Origin: Pseudonocardiaceae bacterium
GTDB lineage: Bacteria > Actinomycetota > Actinomycetes > Mycobacteriales > Pseudonocardiaceae
Direction: 5' to 3'
DNA: 64,000 bases
Assembly: GCA_035714625.1 (NCBI GenBank)
Contig: DASTLT010000169.1
Coordinates: forward strand, 3,856 to 67,855
Part shown: positions 36,983 to 45,816 of the stretch, one piece after another
How the letters are laid out: every line of letters begins with the position of its first letter
Position numbering within the stretch: the stretch's first letter is position 1
Position numbers and translations under genes: made by a program
Notes under the pieces: generated by a model
Databases searched by the model: none
The model's input: the letters and a program-made list of their open reading frames with translations, nothing else
Told to the model about the DNA's origin: nothing

Positions 36983-37714
36983 ATGGCGGTGGATGGAGTG
37001 CACGGTGCAGGGGCGTTCAGCCAGGCGACCGGCCGCATTGCCGGGGAGGAAGCGGGCCCGGACAAGCCCCGCTACCGGCAGTTTCAGCATGACCTGATCG
37101 CCCCGCACTGCGGCCGATCGGTGCTGGAGGTCGGTGCTGGCCTGGGCGAGTTCGCCGAGCAGTTGACCGACCTGGATCGGCTCGTGGTGACCGACGTGGA
37201 CCCCGAGGCGGTGGCGGTGATGCGACGGCGGTTCGCCGGACGGCCCGAGGTGCAGGTGCGCCAGCTCAACCTCGAGTCGGGTCTGGAACTTGACGAGCCG
37301 GTCGACACCGTGGTCACCATCAACACCCTGGAGCACATCGAGGACGACGTCGCGGCACTGCGCTCGCTGGCCCGGCTCGTCGTGCCCGGCGGCACCATCG
37401 TGCTGTGGGTCCCCGGTTACCAGCAACTCTATGGCGACTTTGACCGTAAGGTCGGCCACGTCCGCCGTTACACCCCGGCCACGCTGACCGCGAGCTTCCA
37501 GGCAGCAGGGTTGGTGCCCACCCTGGTCAAGCCGGTCAACCTGCTCGGGGGCATCGCCTGGTGGGCAGCCGTGCGCCGGAGCGGCACCGGATCACCCAAC
37601 CCTCGTCTGGTCGCCGTCTACGATCGCGTGCTCGTCCCGATGACCCGCGCGCTGGAGCGCCTGGTCCGGGTCCCCTTCGGCCAGTCCATCCTCGGGGTGG
37701 CACGGTGCTCGTGA
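36983..37714 (+). CDS. class I SAM-dependent methyltransferase
   Basis: 243 aa. SD GGGAGGAAGG precedes the ATG. Motif I VLEVGAGLGEFAEQL, acidic loop VVTDVD, motif TINTLEHIEDD. Confidence 0.75.
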   Translation: MAVDGVHGAGAFSQATGRIAGEEAGPDKPRYRQFQHDLIAPHCGRSVLEVGAGLGEFAEQLTDLDRLVVTDVDPEAVAVMRRRFAGRPEVQVRQLNLESGLELDEPVDTVVTINTLEHIEDDVAALRSLARLVVPGGTIVLWVPGYQQLYGDFDRKVGHVRRYTPATLTASFQAAGLVPTLVKPVNLLGGIAWWAAVRRSGTGSPNPRLVAVYDRVLVPMTRALERLVRVPFGQSILGVARCS

Positions 37715-37753
37715 GTGGCATTCGGTGCTCCCGCACCGAATGCCACTCACGAG
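37708..37753. terminator. perfect 21-bp stem / 4-nt loop hairpin between the convergent methyltransferase and glnA genes
   Basis: CTCGTGAGTGGCATTCGGTGC-TCCC-GCACCGAATGCCACTCACGAG. It overlaps the methyltransferase stop (37712-37714) and has no U-tract on either side. Confidence 0.6.
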
Positions 37754-37786
37754 GCGCAGCCCATGACGTCGTAGTAGCGGGGCCTA

Positions 37787-39229
37787 TCAGACGTCGTAGT
37801 AGAGGGCGAACTCGAAGGGGTGCGGGCGCAGCCGCAGCGGGTCAATCTCATTCTCCCGCTTGAGGGCGATCCAGGTCTCGATCACGTCCGAGGTGAAGAC
37901 GCCGCCCTCGAGCAGGTAGTCGTGGTCGGCCTCCAAGCGGTTGATCACCGCGTCCAGGCTCGATGGCACCTGGGCGACGTTGCTGGCCTCCTCGGGTGGC
38001 AGCTCGTAGAGGTCCTTGTCGATCGGAGCGGGGGGCTCGTAGGCGTTCTTGATCCCGTCCAGCCCGGCCATCATCATCGCGGAGAAGGCCAGGTAGGGGT
38101 TGCCTGACGAATCCGGGCAGCGGAACTCGATGCGCTTGGCCTTCGGGTTGTTCCCGGTGATCGGGATCCGGATGCAGGCCGAGCGGTTGCGCTGCGAGTA
38201 CACCAGGTTCACCGGTGCCTCGAACCCGGGTACCAGTCGGTGGTAGGAGTTCACCGTCGGGTTGGTGAACGCCAGCAGCGACGGCGCGTGGTGCAGGATG
38301 CCGCCGATATAGTGCCGGCCGATGTCGGAGAGCCCGGCATACCCGGACTCGTCGTGGAACAGTGGCGCCCCGTCGGCCCACAGCGACTGGTGGGTGTGCA
38401 TGCCGGAGCCGTTGTCCCCGAACAGCGGTTTGGGCATGAAGGTCACGGTGCGACCGTCCGCCCACGCGGTGCTCTTGACGATGTACTTGTATAGCTGCAG
38501 ATCGTCGGCTGCATGCAGCAGGGTGTTGTACTTGTAGTTGATCTCTGCCTGTCCGGCGGTGCCCACCTCATGGTGCGCCTTCTCCACGGTGAAGCCGCAA
38601 CTGATGAGGTTCGTGACGATCCGGTTGCGCAGGTCGGCGAAGTGGTCGGTCGGAGGCACCGGGAAGTAGCCACTCTTGTAGTTGACCTTGTAGCCCTTGT
38701 TGCCGCCCTCCTCGTCGGCTCCGGTGTTCCACCAGCCCGCCACCGAGTCGATCTCGTGGAACGCGGCGTTGGGTGTGGTGTCGAAGCGCACCGAGTCGAA
38801 CATGTAGAACTCGGCCTCGGGGCCGAAGTACGCGGTATCGGCAATCCCGGTGGAGGCCAGGAACTCCTCGGCCTTGCGGGCTACGTTGCGTGGATCGCGA
38901 CTGTAGGGCTCCCGGGTGAACGGGTCGTGCACGAAGAAGTTCAGGTTCAACGTCTTCTGCGCCCGGAAGGGGTCGATACGGGCTGTTGCGGGGTCGGGCA
39001 GCAGCAGCATGTCCGACTCGTGGATCGACTGGAACCCGCGCACCGACGAGCCGTCGAAGGCCAGGCCCTCCTCGATGACGTCTGCGTCGAAGTAGGCGGC
39101 CGGGACCGTGAAATGCTGCATGACGCCCGGCAGGTCGCAGAAGCGGACGTCGATGAACTCGACGCCCTCATCGGCGATGAAGCGCAGGACCTCATCGGAG
39201 TTGGTGAACACCCTCGTTCGCTCCTTCAT
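37787..39229 (-). CDS. glnA: glutamine synthetase type I
   Basis: 480 aa. [58 protein letters not shown], and the adenylylation-site region NLYELPPEE. Confidence 0.92.
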   Translation of the reverse strand: MKERTRVFTNSDEVLRFIADEGVEFIDVRFCDLPGVMQHFTVPAAYFDADVIEEGLAFDGSSVRGFQSIHESDMLLLPDPATARIDPFRAQKTLNLNFFVHDPFTREPYSRDPRNVARKAEEFLASTGIADTAYFGPEAEFYMFDSVRFDTTPNAAFHEIDSVAGWWNTGADEEGGNKGYKVNYKSGYFPVPPTDHFADLRNRIVTNLISCGFTVEKAHHEVGTAGQAEINYKYNTLLHAADDLQLYKYIVKSTAWADGRTVTFMPKPLFGDNGSGMHTHQSLWADGAPLFHDESGYAGLSDIGRHYIGGILHHAPSLLAFTNPTVNSYHRLVPGFEAPVNLVYSQRNRSACIRIPITGNNPKAKRIEFRCPDSSGNPYLAFSAMMMAGLDGIKNAYEPPAPIDKDLYELPPEEASNVAQVPSSLDAVINRLEADHDYLLEGGVFTSDVIETWIALKRENEIDPLRLRPHPFEFALYYDV

Positions 39230-39290
39230 GCGCAGGGACGGTGGACCGGGGTGATCGGTCCGCTCAATGCGGCGAACCTAAGAGGGCGGT

Positions 39291-39328
39291 GTTGCCCGAC
39301 CGTCACCCCGGAGTTTCACCAAGGTTAC
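39291..39328 (-). promoter_or_regulatory. GlnR box (a1-b1-a2-b2) upstream of glnA
   Basis: On the glnA strand: GTAAC-cttggt-GAAAC-tccggg-GTGAC-ggtcgg-GCAAC, 62-99 nt upstream of the ATG. It matches the actinobacterial GlnR consensus gTnAc-n6-GaAAc-n6-GtnAC-n6-GAAAC with one mismatch. Confidence 0.6.
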
Positions 39329-39375
39329 GAGGGTGGCGGTGAGCAAGGCTAGCCCCTCACTCATACCCTGGTCGG

Positions 39376-39822
39376 GTGAGCAGATGGACACAGACGTGGC
39401 TGTCCGGTACCCACAGGCACCCAGAGGACGGTGACCCGCAGGACTACCCCGGGCAGCGCCTCGGTCTCCCCGAGAGCGGACCGGGCTCGGCTGCAGGCTT
39501 CGGCCCCCGGATCGTCGCCATTATGATCGATTGGCTGCCCTGCTCGGTGGCTGCCCAGCTCTTCACTGCGAACCCGGCATTCTCCGCGCTGGCCCTGTTC
39601 GCTGCTTGGACTGCGGTCTCGGTCGCCCTGATAGGGCGCAGCCCAGGCCACGCCGCCATGGGCCTGCGGGTGGCGCGGCCGGATGGACGCGCGGCCGGCT
39701 TCGGCCCAGCGATCATCCGCACCGTGCTGCTGTGCCTGGTAATCCCGCCGGTGGTGTACAACGCCGACGGCCGCGGCCTGCACGACCTGGCGGCCGACAC
39801 TATCGTGCTGCGCACCCGCTGA
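39376..39822 (+). CDS. RDD family membrane protein
   Basis: 148 aa. Hydrophobic segments flanked by the RDD-type region (IVAIMIDWLP...). Conserved position next to glnA in actinomycetes. Confidence 0.6.
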   Translation: MSRWTQTWLSGTHRHPEDGDPQDYPGQRLGLPESGPGSAAGFGPRIVAIMIDWLPCSVAAQLFTANPAFSALALFAAWTAVSVALIGRSPGHAAMGLRVARPDGRAAGFGPAIIRTVLLCLVIPPVVYNADGRGLHDLAADTIVLRTR

Positions 39823-39834
39823 CCTCGGAATTCG

Positions 39835-40605
39835 TCAGCGCCGGCGCACCGCGCGCTGCACGTTGCGCATCTTGGTGCCCTGCTTGGCACCTTGTGGTAT
39901 GGGGCCTTTAGGCATTGCGGCACTGCGGGTGCTCAGCACGGCCAGCTTGCTCTCCAGCACGTCGATCTGCGCAGCACTGATGTTGCGCGGCAGCTTGGCG
40001 AGGTGCCGCGCCAGCTTGGCCAGCGGCACCTGGCCCTCACTGTCGCCCACCGTGAGGTCGTAGATCGGGGTCTGCCCGACCAGCCGGGACACCCGCTTCT
40101 TCTCCTGCGCGAGCAACGGCTTGAGCCGATGCGGGGCGCCCTCTGCGACCAGCACGATCCCGGGACGCCCGATCACCCGGTGCACGGCGTCCAACTGGGT
40201 GGTGCCCACCACGGCCGGGGCCACCTTCCACCGGCCGCGCAGGTTCTCCAGTGCCCAGGCCGCAGCACCGGGCTGCCCCTCGGCCTTGGCGAAGACGTTG
40301 CGCTGGACCCGCCGCCCGAAGACCATAACTGCGGCCAGCACCCCCAAGGTGATCCCGACCGGAAGGAACACCCACTCCTGCCCGACCAGCAACCCCAGCA
40401 CGAACACCCCCGCCGTGACGATCAGTAAGGTTCCGATCATCCACGGCAGCAGGGCCCGGTCCTCGCGGCGCTGCACCTGGAACGCCTCGAAAAGCTGTGC
40501 CCGACGCTGTTTAGCCGCAGCCCGACGAGCCTGCTTCGCGGTCTTGGCCGCTTCCTTGTCCTTGGGCTTCGGCCCGGGCTTCGGTGAGACTGGCTTCGGC
40601 GGCAT
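39835..40605 (-). CDS. DUF4191 domain-containing membrane protein (Rv2219-like)
   Basis: 256 aa. Lys/Pro-rich N-terminus, two TM helices, conserved C-terminal domain. Syntenic position between glnA and lipA. Confidence 0.7.
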   Translation of the reverse strand: MPPKPVSPKPGPKPKDKEAAKTAKQARRAAAKQRRAQLFEAFQVQRREDRALLPWMIGTLLIVTAGVFVLGLLVGQEWVFLPVGITLGVLAAVMVFGRRVQRNVFAKAEGQPGAAAWALENLRGRWKVAPAVVGTTQLDAVHRVIGRPGIVLVAEGAPHRLKPLLAQEKKRVSRLVGQTPIYDLTVGDSEGQVPLAKLARHLAKLPRNISAAQIDVLESKLAVLSTRSAAMPKGPIPQGAKQGTKMRNVQRAVRRR

Positions 40606-40652
40606 ACCACCAGGATACGACCGAACGGGTTGTCGGTGCCGCCGACCACAGT

Positions 40653-40702
40653 GTCACCGGGACAGCCAGGTCACCGGGACAGCCAGGTCACCGGGACAGC
40701 AG
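40653..40702. repeat. tandem repeat, 2.9 x 17 bp (GTCACCGGGACAGCCAG); the third copy is the 3-prime end and stop of lipA
   Basis: Copies at 40653-40669, 40670-40686 and 40687-40702 (the last lacks one base). The lipA stop TCA is at 40688-40690. Confidence 0.85.
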
Positions 40703-41713
40703 ACTGGACGCCTCCTGCGCGGCCGGTCCGGCTTGAGCGAGGTGAGCCAGGTGCTCGGGTACCTGGTCGCCGCGGTGCGCCATGGCCTGGGCGTAGAGCC
40801 GCCCGGCTCGGTAGGACGAGCGCACCAGCGGTCCGGCCATCACCGCGGCAAAACCGATCCACTCGCCGGCCCGGGCATGCTCGACGAACTCCTGCGGCCG
40901 GATCCAGCGTGCCACCGGGTGATGGCGCACCGAGGGCCGCAGGTACTGGGTGATGGTGAGAATCTCGCAGCCCGCGGCGTGCAGGTCGGCCATCGCGGCC
41001 CGGACCTCGTCGGGCTCCTCGCCCAGGCCCAGGATGAGGTTGGACTTGGTGACCAGACCGGCGTCACGTGCCTGGCGCAGCACATCCAGCGAGCGCTGGT
41101 AGCCGAAGGCCGGCCGGATCCGCTTGAAGATCCGGGGCACCGTCTCCAGGTTGTGCGCGAGCACCTCGGGTGCCGCGTCGAAGACCTCGGTGAGCTGCTC
41201 GGGACGGGCCCCGAAATCCGGGATGAGCAGCTCCACGCCGGTGTCCGGGTTCAGCGCGTGGATCTGCCGGACGGTCTCGGCGTAGAGCCAAGCGCCACCA
41301 TCGGGCAGGTCATCGCGGGCCACCCCGGTGACCGTCGAGTAGCGCAGCCCCATGGCTTGGACCGACTGGGCGACCCGGCGCGGCTCGTCCCGGTCGAGAG
41401 GCACCGGCCGTCCGGTGTCGATCTGGCAGAAGTCGCAGCGCCGGGTGCACTGGTCGCCCCCGATGAGAAAGGTGGCCTCGCGGTCCTCCCAGCACTCGTA
41501 GATGTTGGGACAGCCCGCCTGCTCGCAGACGGTGTGCAGTCCCTTGCCCTGCACCAGCCCCTTGAGCTCGCGAAATGCCGGCCCCATCGTCGCCCGGGTG
41601 CGAATCCAGGACGGCTTGCGCTCGATAGGGGTCTGGCTGTTGCGGACCTCCAGCCGCAACAGCTTGCGATCACCGGCCGCCGGGAGCTCAGCGCTGCGGG
41701 GTGCGACACTCAC
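40688..41713 (-). CDS. lipA: lipoyl synthase
   Basis: Start moved to GTG 41713 ([37 protein letters not shown]). Radical-SAM CTRRCDFC and N-terminal [12 protein letters not shown] cluster motifs. Confidence 0.9.
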   Translation of the reverse strand: MSVAPRSAELPAAGDRKLLRLEVRNSQTPIERKPSWIRTRATMGPAFRELKGLVQGKGLHTVCEQAGCPNIYECWEDREATFLIGGDQCTRRCDFCQIDTGRPVPLDRDEPRRVAQSVQAMGLRYSTVTGVARDDLPDGGAWLYAETVRQIHALNPDTGVELLIPDFGARPEQLTEVFDAAPEVLAHNLETVPRIFKRIRPAFGYQRSLDVLRQARDAGLVTKSNLILGLGEEPDEVRAAMADLHAAGCEILTITQYLRPSVRHHPVARWIRPQEFVEHARAGEWIGFAAVMAGPLVRSSYRAGRLYAQAMAHRGDQVPEHLAHLAQAGPAAQEASSLLSR

Positions 41714-41723
41714 CGGGCCAAGC

Positions 41724-42656
41724 CTACGCGGGGTCCGGCGGCACGCCGGTGAGCTCTGCGGTGCGCTCCCAGAGCAGGCGCGCGGTCCGCTCGTCCTGCG
41801 CGGCACGGCTGGTGGTGGCCACTCCGGGTGCGCCGCGGGTGCCGCGGAGCCCGGTCGGGCCATAGAACCCGCCGCTGCACACCCCGGCTACGGTAGCGGC
41901 GTAGAGCTGGGGCAGCGCACCCTGCTTGACCCCCTGGGAGACCAGCTTGTAGCCCCAGCTCACCATCGGGGCGAGTGGCCCCAGCCGATACATCCGGGCC
42001 ATGTTCGACGCCAACTCGGTGTCGACGACCCCGGGATGGGCGGCCACGGCCAGCAGGTCCCGCCCGGCCGCCCTGGCCCGCCGGTCAAGCTCGAAGCTGA
42101 ACAACAGGTTCGCCAGCTTCGAGGCGCTGTAGGCGGTGACCGGGTTGTACCGGCGGTGCTCGAAGTTCAGATCATCGAGAGCCAGCCCGCCGAGGCGGTG
42201 CATGATGCTCGACACCGTGACCACCCGGGCACCGGGAGTCAGCGCGGGCGCGAGCAGCCAGGTCAGCGCGGCCGGCCCCAGGTGGTTGGTGCCGATCTGC
42301 AACTCGAAGCCGTCGACGGTGCGCCGCCGCGGGGTGGCCATCACCCCAGCGTTGTTGATCAGCACGTCCAGCCGGTCCCCGGTGCGAGACCGGACCTCCT
42401 CGGCGGCTTTGCGCACCGAGGCGAGGTCGGCCAGGTCCAGCAGCACCAGCGTGGCGTCCGCCCCGGTGGCCGACCTGAGCTGCGCCAGCGCCGCCTGCCC
42501 ACGCTTGGGGTCCCGGCAGGCGATCAGCACGGTCGCCCCCCGCCCAGCGAGCACCGTTGCGGTCTGCTGGCCGAGACCTGAGGTGGCTCCGGTGACCAGG
42601 ACGGTCCGGCCGGTCTGATCGGGGATGTCGGCGATGCTCCAACGGCTCACCGGCAC
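41724..42656 (-). CDS. SDR family oxidoreductase
   Basis: 310 aa. [22 protein letters not shown], and the YSASKLAN catalytic motif. Confidence 0.8.
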   Translation of the reverse strand: MPVSRWSIADIPDQTGRTVLVTGATSGLGQQTATVLAGRGATVLIACRDPKRGQAALAQLRSATGADATLVLLDLADLASVRKAAEEVRSRTGDRLDVLINNAGVMATPRRRTVDGFELQIGTNHLGPAALTWLLAPALTPGARVVTVSSIMHRLGGLALDDLNFEHRRYNPVTAYSASKLANLLFSFELDRRARAAGRDLLAVAAHPGVVDTELASNMARMYRLGPLAPMVSWGYKLVSQGVKQGALPQLYAATVAGVCSGGFYGPTGLRGTRGAPGVATTSRAAQDERTARLLWERTAELTGVPPDPA

Positions 42657-42706
42657 TGCATATCACGGGGCGGTGTCGACTCGAAGAGCCCCCACCGCTT
42701 GTCGGG

Positions 42707-43486
42707 TCAGGTTCCGGTGATCGCCGGATCCAGGTCCAGTTGCACACCTGGCGGCGAGACCCCGGCCGGTGTCGCTGACCCGCCAATCCGGGGAAGCTCG
42801 TCGAGCATGACCGGCAACCTGCCTTCGAGGGCGTCGAGAACGGCCTCGCGCACCGCTGGCTGCACCTGGGCCACCGAGACCGGGCGGCCCAGCTCCGCGG
42901 TCAGCGAGGTCACCGCGGCGTCGGGGATGCCGCACGGCACGATCCGGTCGAAGGCGGTGAGGTCGGGCTGGCAGTTGAGCGCGAACCCGTGCATGGTCAC
43001 CCCCCGGCCGACTCGGATTCCGATCGCCGCGATCTTGCGTTCCGGCCGGCCGGTGGTCTGGTCGGCGGCAAGCCACACCCCGGAACGGCCGGAGATCCGA
43101 CCGGTGGCCAGGCCCAGGTCGGCGCAGACGGCGATGAGGGCCTGTTCGAGGCGCCGCACGTAGTCGACGACATCGACCGGCTGGGCGAGCTGGATCACCG
43201 GGTAACCGACGAGCTGCCCCGGCCCATGCCAGGTAATCTTGCCACCGCGGTCGACGTCGATCACCGGGGTACCGTCGGTGGGCCGCTCGCCCGGTGCGGT
43301 CCGTTTACCAGCGGTGTACACCGAATGGTGTTCCAGCAGCAGCAGCACGTCACGTCCGGTGCCGTCGGCGCGGGCGGCCGCCAGCCTGCGCTGCAGCTCC
43401 CAGGCCTCGGTGTAGTCGATGGTGCCGAGATGGCGGACCCGGACCGGCTCGGCGGCGGCCCGGCAGGACTGGCTGGCGACGGTCAC
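42707..43486 (-). CDS. lipB: lipoyl(octanoyl) transferase
   Basis: 259 aa. [39 protein letters not shown]. Confidence 0.88.
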   Translation of the reverse strand: MTVASQSCRAAAEPVRVRHLGTIDYTEAWELQRRLAAARADGTGRDVLLLLEHHSVYTAGKRTAPGERPTDGTPVIDVDRGGKITWHGPGQLVGYPVIQLAQPVDVVDYVRRLEQALIAVCADLGLATGRISGRSGVWLAADQTTGRPERKIAAIGIRVGRGVTMHGFALNCQPDLTAFDRIVPCGIPDAAVTSLTAELGRPVSVAQVQPAVREAVLDALEGRLPVMLDELPRIGGSATPAGVSPPGVQLDLDPAITGT

Positions 43487-43541
43487 GGGAGCAGGCTACG
43501 CCGCCACGGTGCGCATGGGGGCAGGCTACGCCGCCACGGTG
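43487..43541. repeat. 30-bp-spaced direct duplication of the oxidoreductase-stop / lipB-start junction
   Basis: GGGRGCAGGCTACGCCGCCACGGTG occurs at 43487-43511 and 43517-43541. Each copy carries a CTA (stop on the minus strand). Confidence 0.85.
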
Positions 43542-44782
43542 GCCACGCCGAGCGCCGTGAGTACCGCCCGGGCCGCTCGCTGCCCGCTGGCCAGCGCACC
43601 CTGGATTGACGGGGTGGCCCGGTGGTCACCCGTGACGAACAGGCCGTCCCCGAGTGCGGTGCCCCGGCGCAGCAGATCCGGGGTCGGCGGGGTGAACGAG
43701 CACAGCGCCTGCGGTACCGCCGCAGTCCCCAGGTGCTCCCAGCGCGCCGTGTTGGTCCGGTAGACCGCGCCGGCCATCCGCCGCACCTCCGGCTCGCTGG
43801 GCGCACCCGACCCGGGCACACCCAGCACGGTTGAGCAGACCAGGTGCCGGTGGTCGGGGGAGTAGGACCGGGCCACGGCGGTCAGCACACTGGTGTTCAC
43901 CAGCGGGCTGCCGGTCCCGTCCAGGTGGATCAGCGGCAGCCGGCTGGGGGGGCGCTCGCAGACGTGATAATAGGTCGTCAGCCCGCGCATCAGCGGCACG
44001 TCCAGCCCGGGCAGGAGGGCCCTGGCCGCGGGAGGATCGGTGGCTACCACCACGGCCCGGGTAGTGATCTCGCCGTCGGCGGTGCGAACCCGGCCCGGAG
44101 CCACCCCGAGCACCGTCTGTCCGCAGCGCACCGTCCCGGCGGTCAGCCGCGCCGCGATCTGGGTCGGCAGGGCCGCCATCCCGCGCGAGGGCAGCGCGGC
44201 GGCCCCGCGCGCCAGGCTGCGCCACACCAGGGTGAAGTATCGCGCTGAGGTCACCAGTTCCCGCTCCCCGAAAATCCCGGCCAGCAGTGGTCGCAGGAAC
44301 TGCTCGGTGGCCGGGCCGTCCAGCCCGGCGGCGGCCAGCTCGGCTGCGGTGCTGCGCTCCGCCCCGGCGAGCAGCCACCGTACGTCGCCCGCCGCCGCGC
44401 GGATCGTCAGCCGCAGCAGCGCCAGCTTGGCCGCTGGGGACAGCAGGTTGTCCAGCGCGGTGCGCCAGGCCTGCTTGCGGGCTCGCCGTGGGTCGAGCAG
44501 GCGGTGCAGCTTCCCGTCGGTACCGCGGACCGCGACGCCGGGGGCGAACGACCGCAGATCCAGCGCCGCCAGATCCAGCTCCCGGCGCAGCGCGGGATAG
44601 CTGGTGTTGAGCACCTGAAATCCTCGGTCAAGCAGGAAGCCGTCCACAGTGTCGGTGGCCACCCGGCCACCGACCCCCGGCCCGGCCTCCAGCACGGTGA
44701 CTGCCAGCCCGGCGCTCTGCAGGTGGCGAGCGGCGGTCAGTCCGGCCAGCCCGGCTCCCACAATGGCAACGTCGGTGTCCAT
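43526..44782 (-). CDS. NAD(P)/FAD-dependent oxidoreductase (amine oxidase / protoporphyrinogen oxidase-like fold)
   Basis: 418 aa. DVAIVGAGLAGLTAARHLQSAGLAVTVLEA dinucleotide motif. C-terminal LFVTGDH. Confidence 0.7.
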   Translation of the reverse strand: MDTDVAIVGAGLAGLTAARHLQSAGLAVTVLEAGPGVGGRVATDTVDGFLLDRGFQVLNTSYPALRRELDLAALDLRSFAPGVAVRGTDGKLHRLLDPRRARKQAWRTALDNLLSPAAKLALLRLTIRAAAGDVRWLLAGAERSTAAELAAAGLDGPATEQFLRPLLAGIFGERELVTSARYFTLVWRSLARGAAALPSRGMAALPTQIAARLTAGTVRCGQTVLGVAPGRVRTADGEITTRAVVVATDPPAARALLPGLDVPLMRGLTTYYHVCERPPSRLPLIHLDGTGSPLVNTSVLTAVARSYSPDHRHLVCSTVLGVPGSGAPSEPEVRRMAGAVYRTNTARWEHLGTAAVPQALCSFTPPTPDLLRRGTALGDGLFVTGDHRATPSIQGALASGQRAARAVLTALGVATVAA

Positions 44783-44807
44783 AGCCTTAACTCCCGCCCT
44801 GCTTCCA

Positions 44808-44847
44808 CGCGCTACTCCAGCGCTGCGTCAGCGCGTTACTCCAGCGC
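44808..44847. repeat. duplicated gene 3-prime end: CGCG(C/T)TACTCCAGCGC x 2, 24 bp apart
   Basis: Copies at 44808-44823 and 44832-44847. The second contains the real TAA stop of the epimerase-family gene; the first carries TAG. Confidence 0.8.
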
Positions 44848-45726
44848 GGCGACCAGCGCCGCCATGACGGTCCGGTGGTGGAACGAGTAACCATGCTTGC
44901 TCAGCACCCCGGGCACGGCGCGCTGGCCGGTCAGCACCATCTCGTCGACGAGTTCGGCGCCGCGTACCAGCCGCAGCGCGAAACCGGGCACCACCAGCAG
45001 GGTAGGCCGGTGCATCACCTCGCCCACCGCCTGGGTGAACTCGGCGTTGGTCACGGGTTCCGGGCCGGTGAGGTTGACCGGGCCGGACGCCGCTTCGTGC
45101 TCGAGTACGAAGCGGATCGCGCCCACCTCGTCGTCGAGTGAGATCCACGGCATGTACTGGCGCCCACTGCCCAACCGACCGCCCAGCCCGAGGGCGAACA
45201 ACGGTTTGAGCTGACCCAGCAACCCGCCGGACGGGGAGATCACCAGACCGGTGCGCGCCCGCACGACCCGCACCCCGGCCCGCTCGGCGGGCCGCGTGGC
45301 GGCCTCCCATTCGCGGCAGATCTCGGCGATGAACCCTGAACCGGTCGGGGCATGCTCGTCGACCTCGCGCTCCCCGGTGTCGCCGTAGTAGCCCACCCCG
45401 GAGGCGTTGACCAGCACCGGCACCCGGTGCTCGGCCGCCGCCGCCGCGAGCACCTCGGTGGGACCGATCCGGCTGTCCCGGATCGCCTGTTTGTGCTCCC
45501 CAGACCAGCGTCGGTCAGCCATTGGCGAGCCGCACAGGTTCACCACCGCATCCGCGCCGTCGAGAGCGCCCGCAGCCATGGTCCCCGCCGAGGGATCCCA
45601 GCCGCGCTCGTCCGGAGCCGAAGGGCGCCTGCGGACCAGCCGGAGCACCTCATGACCGGCCTGGCGCAGTACCGGGACCAGCGCCGTACCGATCAGACCC
45701 GACGACCCCGCGACCACCACTCGCAT
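44836..45726 (-). CDS. TIGR01777-family (YfcH/DUF1731) NAD-dependent epimerase-like protein (Rv2216-like)
   Basis: 296 aa. MRVVVAGSSGLIGTALV Rossmann start and a DUF1731-like C-terminus. Syntenic with lipB. Confidence 0.75.
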   Translation of the reverse strand: MRVVVAGSSGLIGTALVPVLRQAGHEVLRLVRRRPSAPDERGWDPSAGTMAAGALDGADAVVNLCGSPMADRRWSGEHKQAIRDSRIGPTEVLAAAAAEHRVPVLVNASGVGYYGDTGEREVDEHAPTGSGFIAEICREWEAATRPAERAGVRVVRARTGLVISPSGGLLGQLKPLFALGLGGRLGSGRQYMPWISLDDEVGAIRFVLEHEAASGPVNLTGPEPVTNAEFTQAVGEVMHRPTLLVVPGFALRLVRGAELVDEMVLTGQRAVPGVLSKHGYSFHHRTVMAALVAALE

Positions 45727-45816
45727 GCCGCGATCCTGTCTGCTCAGCGCAGCCGGCGCGACCCAGGATCGGACACTGGACCGGGCTGTCTCCCCGTCAG
45801 CCGCTCTGATCTGGGT

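Noticed and set aside
39820-39837. Short hairpin GCTGAC-n10-GTCAGC across the RDD and DUF4191 stops as a terminator
   Set aside because: The stem is only 6 bp with a 10-nt loop and no U-tract, which is too weak to call.
40653-40702. CRISPR-like array among the short tandem repeats
   Set aside because: All repeat sites have only 2-3 directly abutting copies without unique spacers, units of 30 bp or less, and no cas genes in the window.
40121-41752. 543-aa plus-strand ORF over the DUF4191 and lipA genes
   Set aside because: It is a shadow ORF. Similar long frames at 48537-50363, 51399-52943, 57414-59138 and 2735-3910 were rejected for the same reason.
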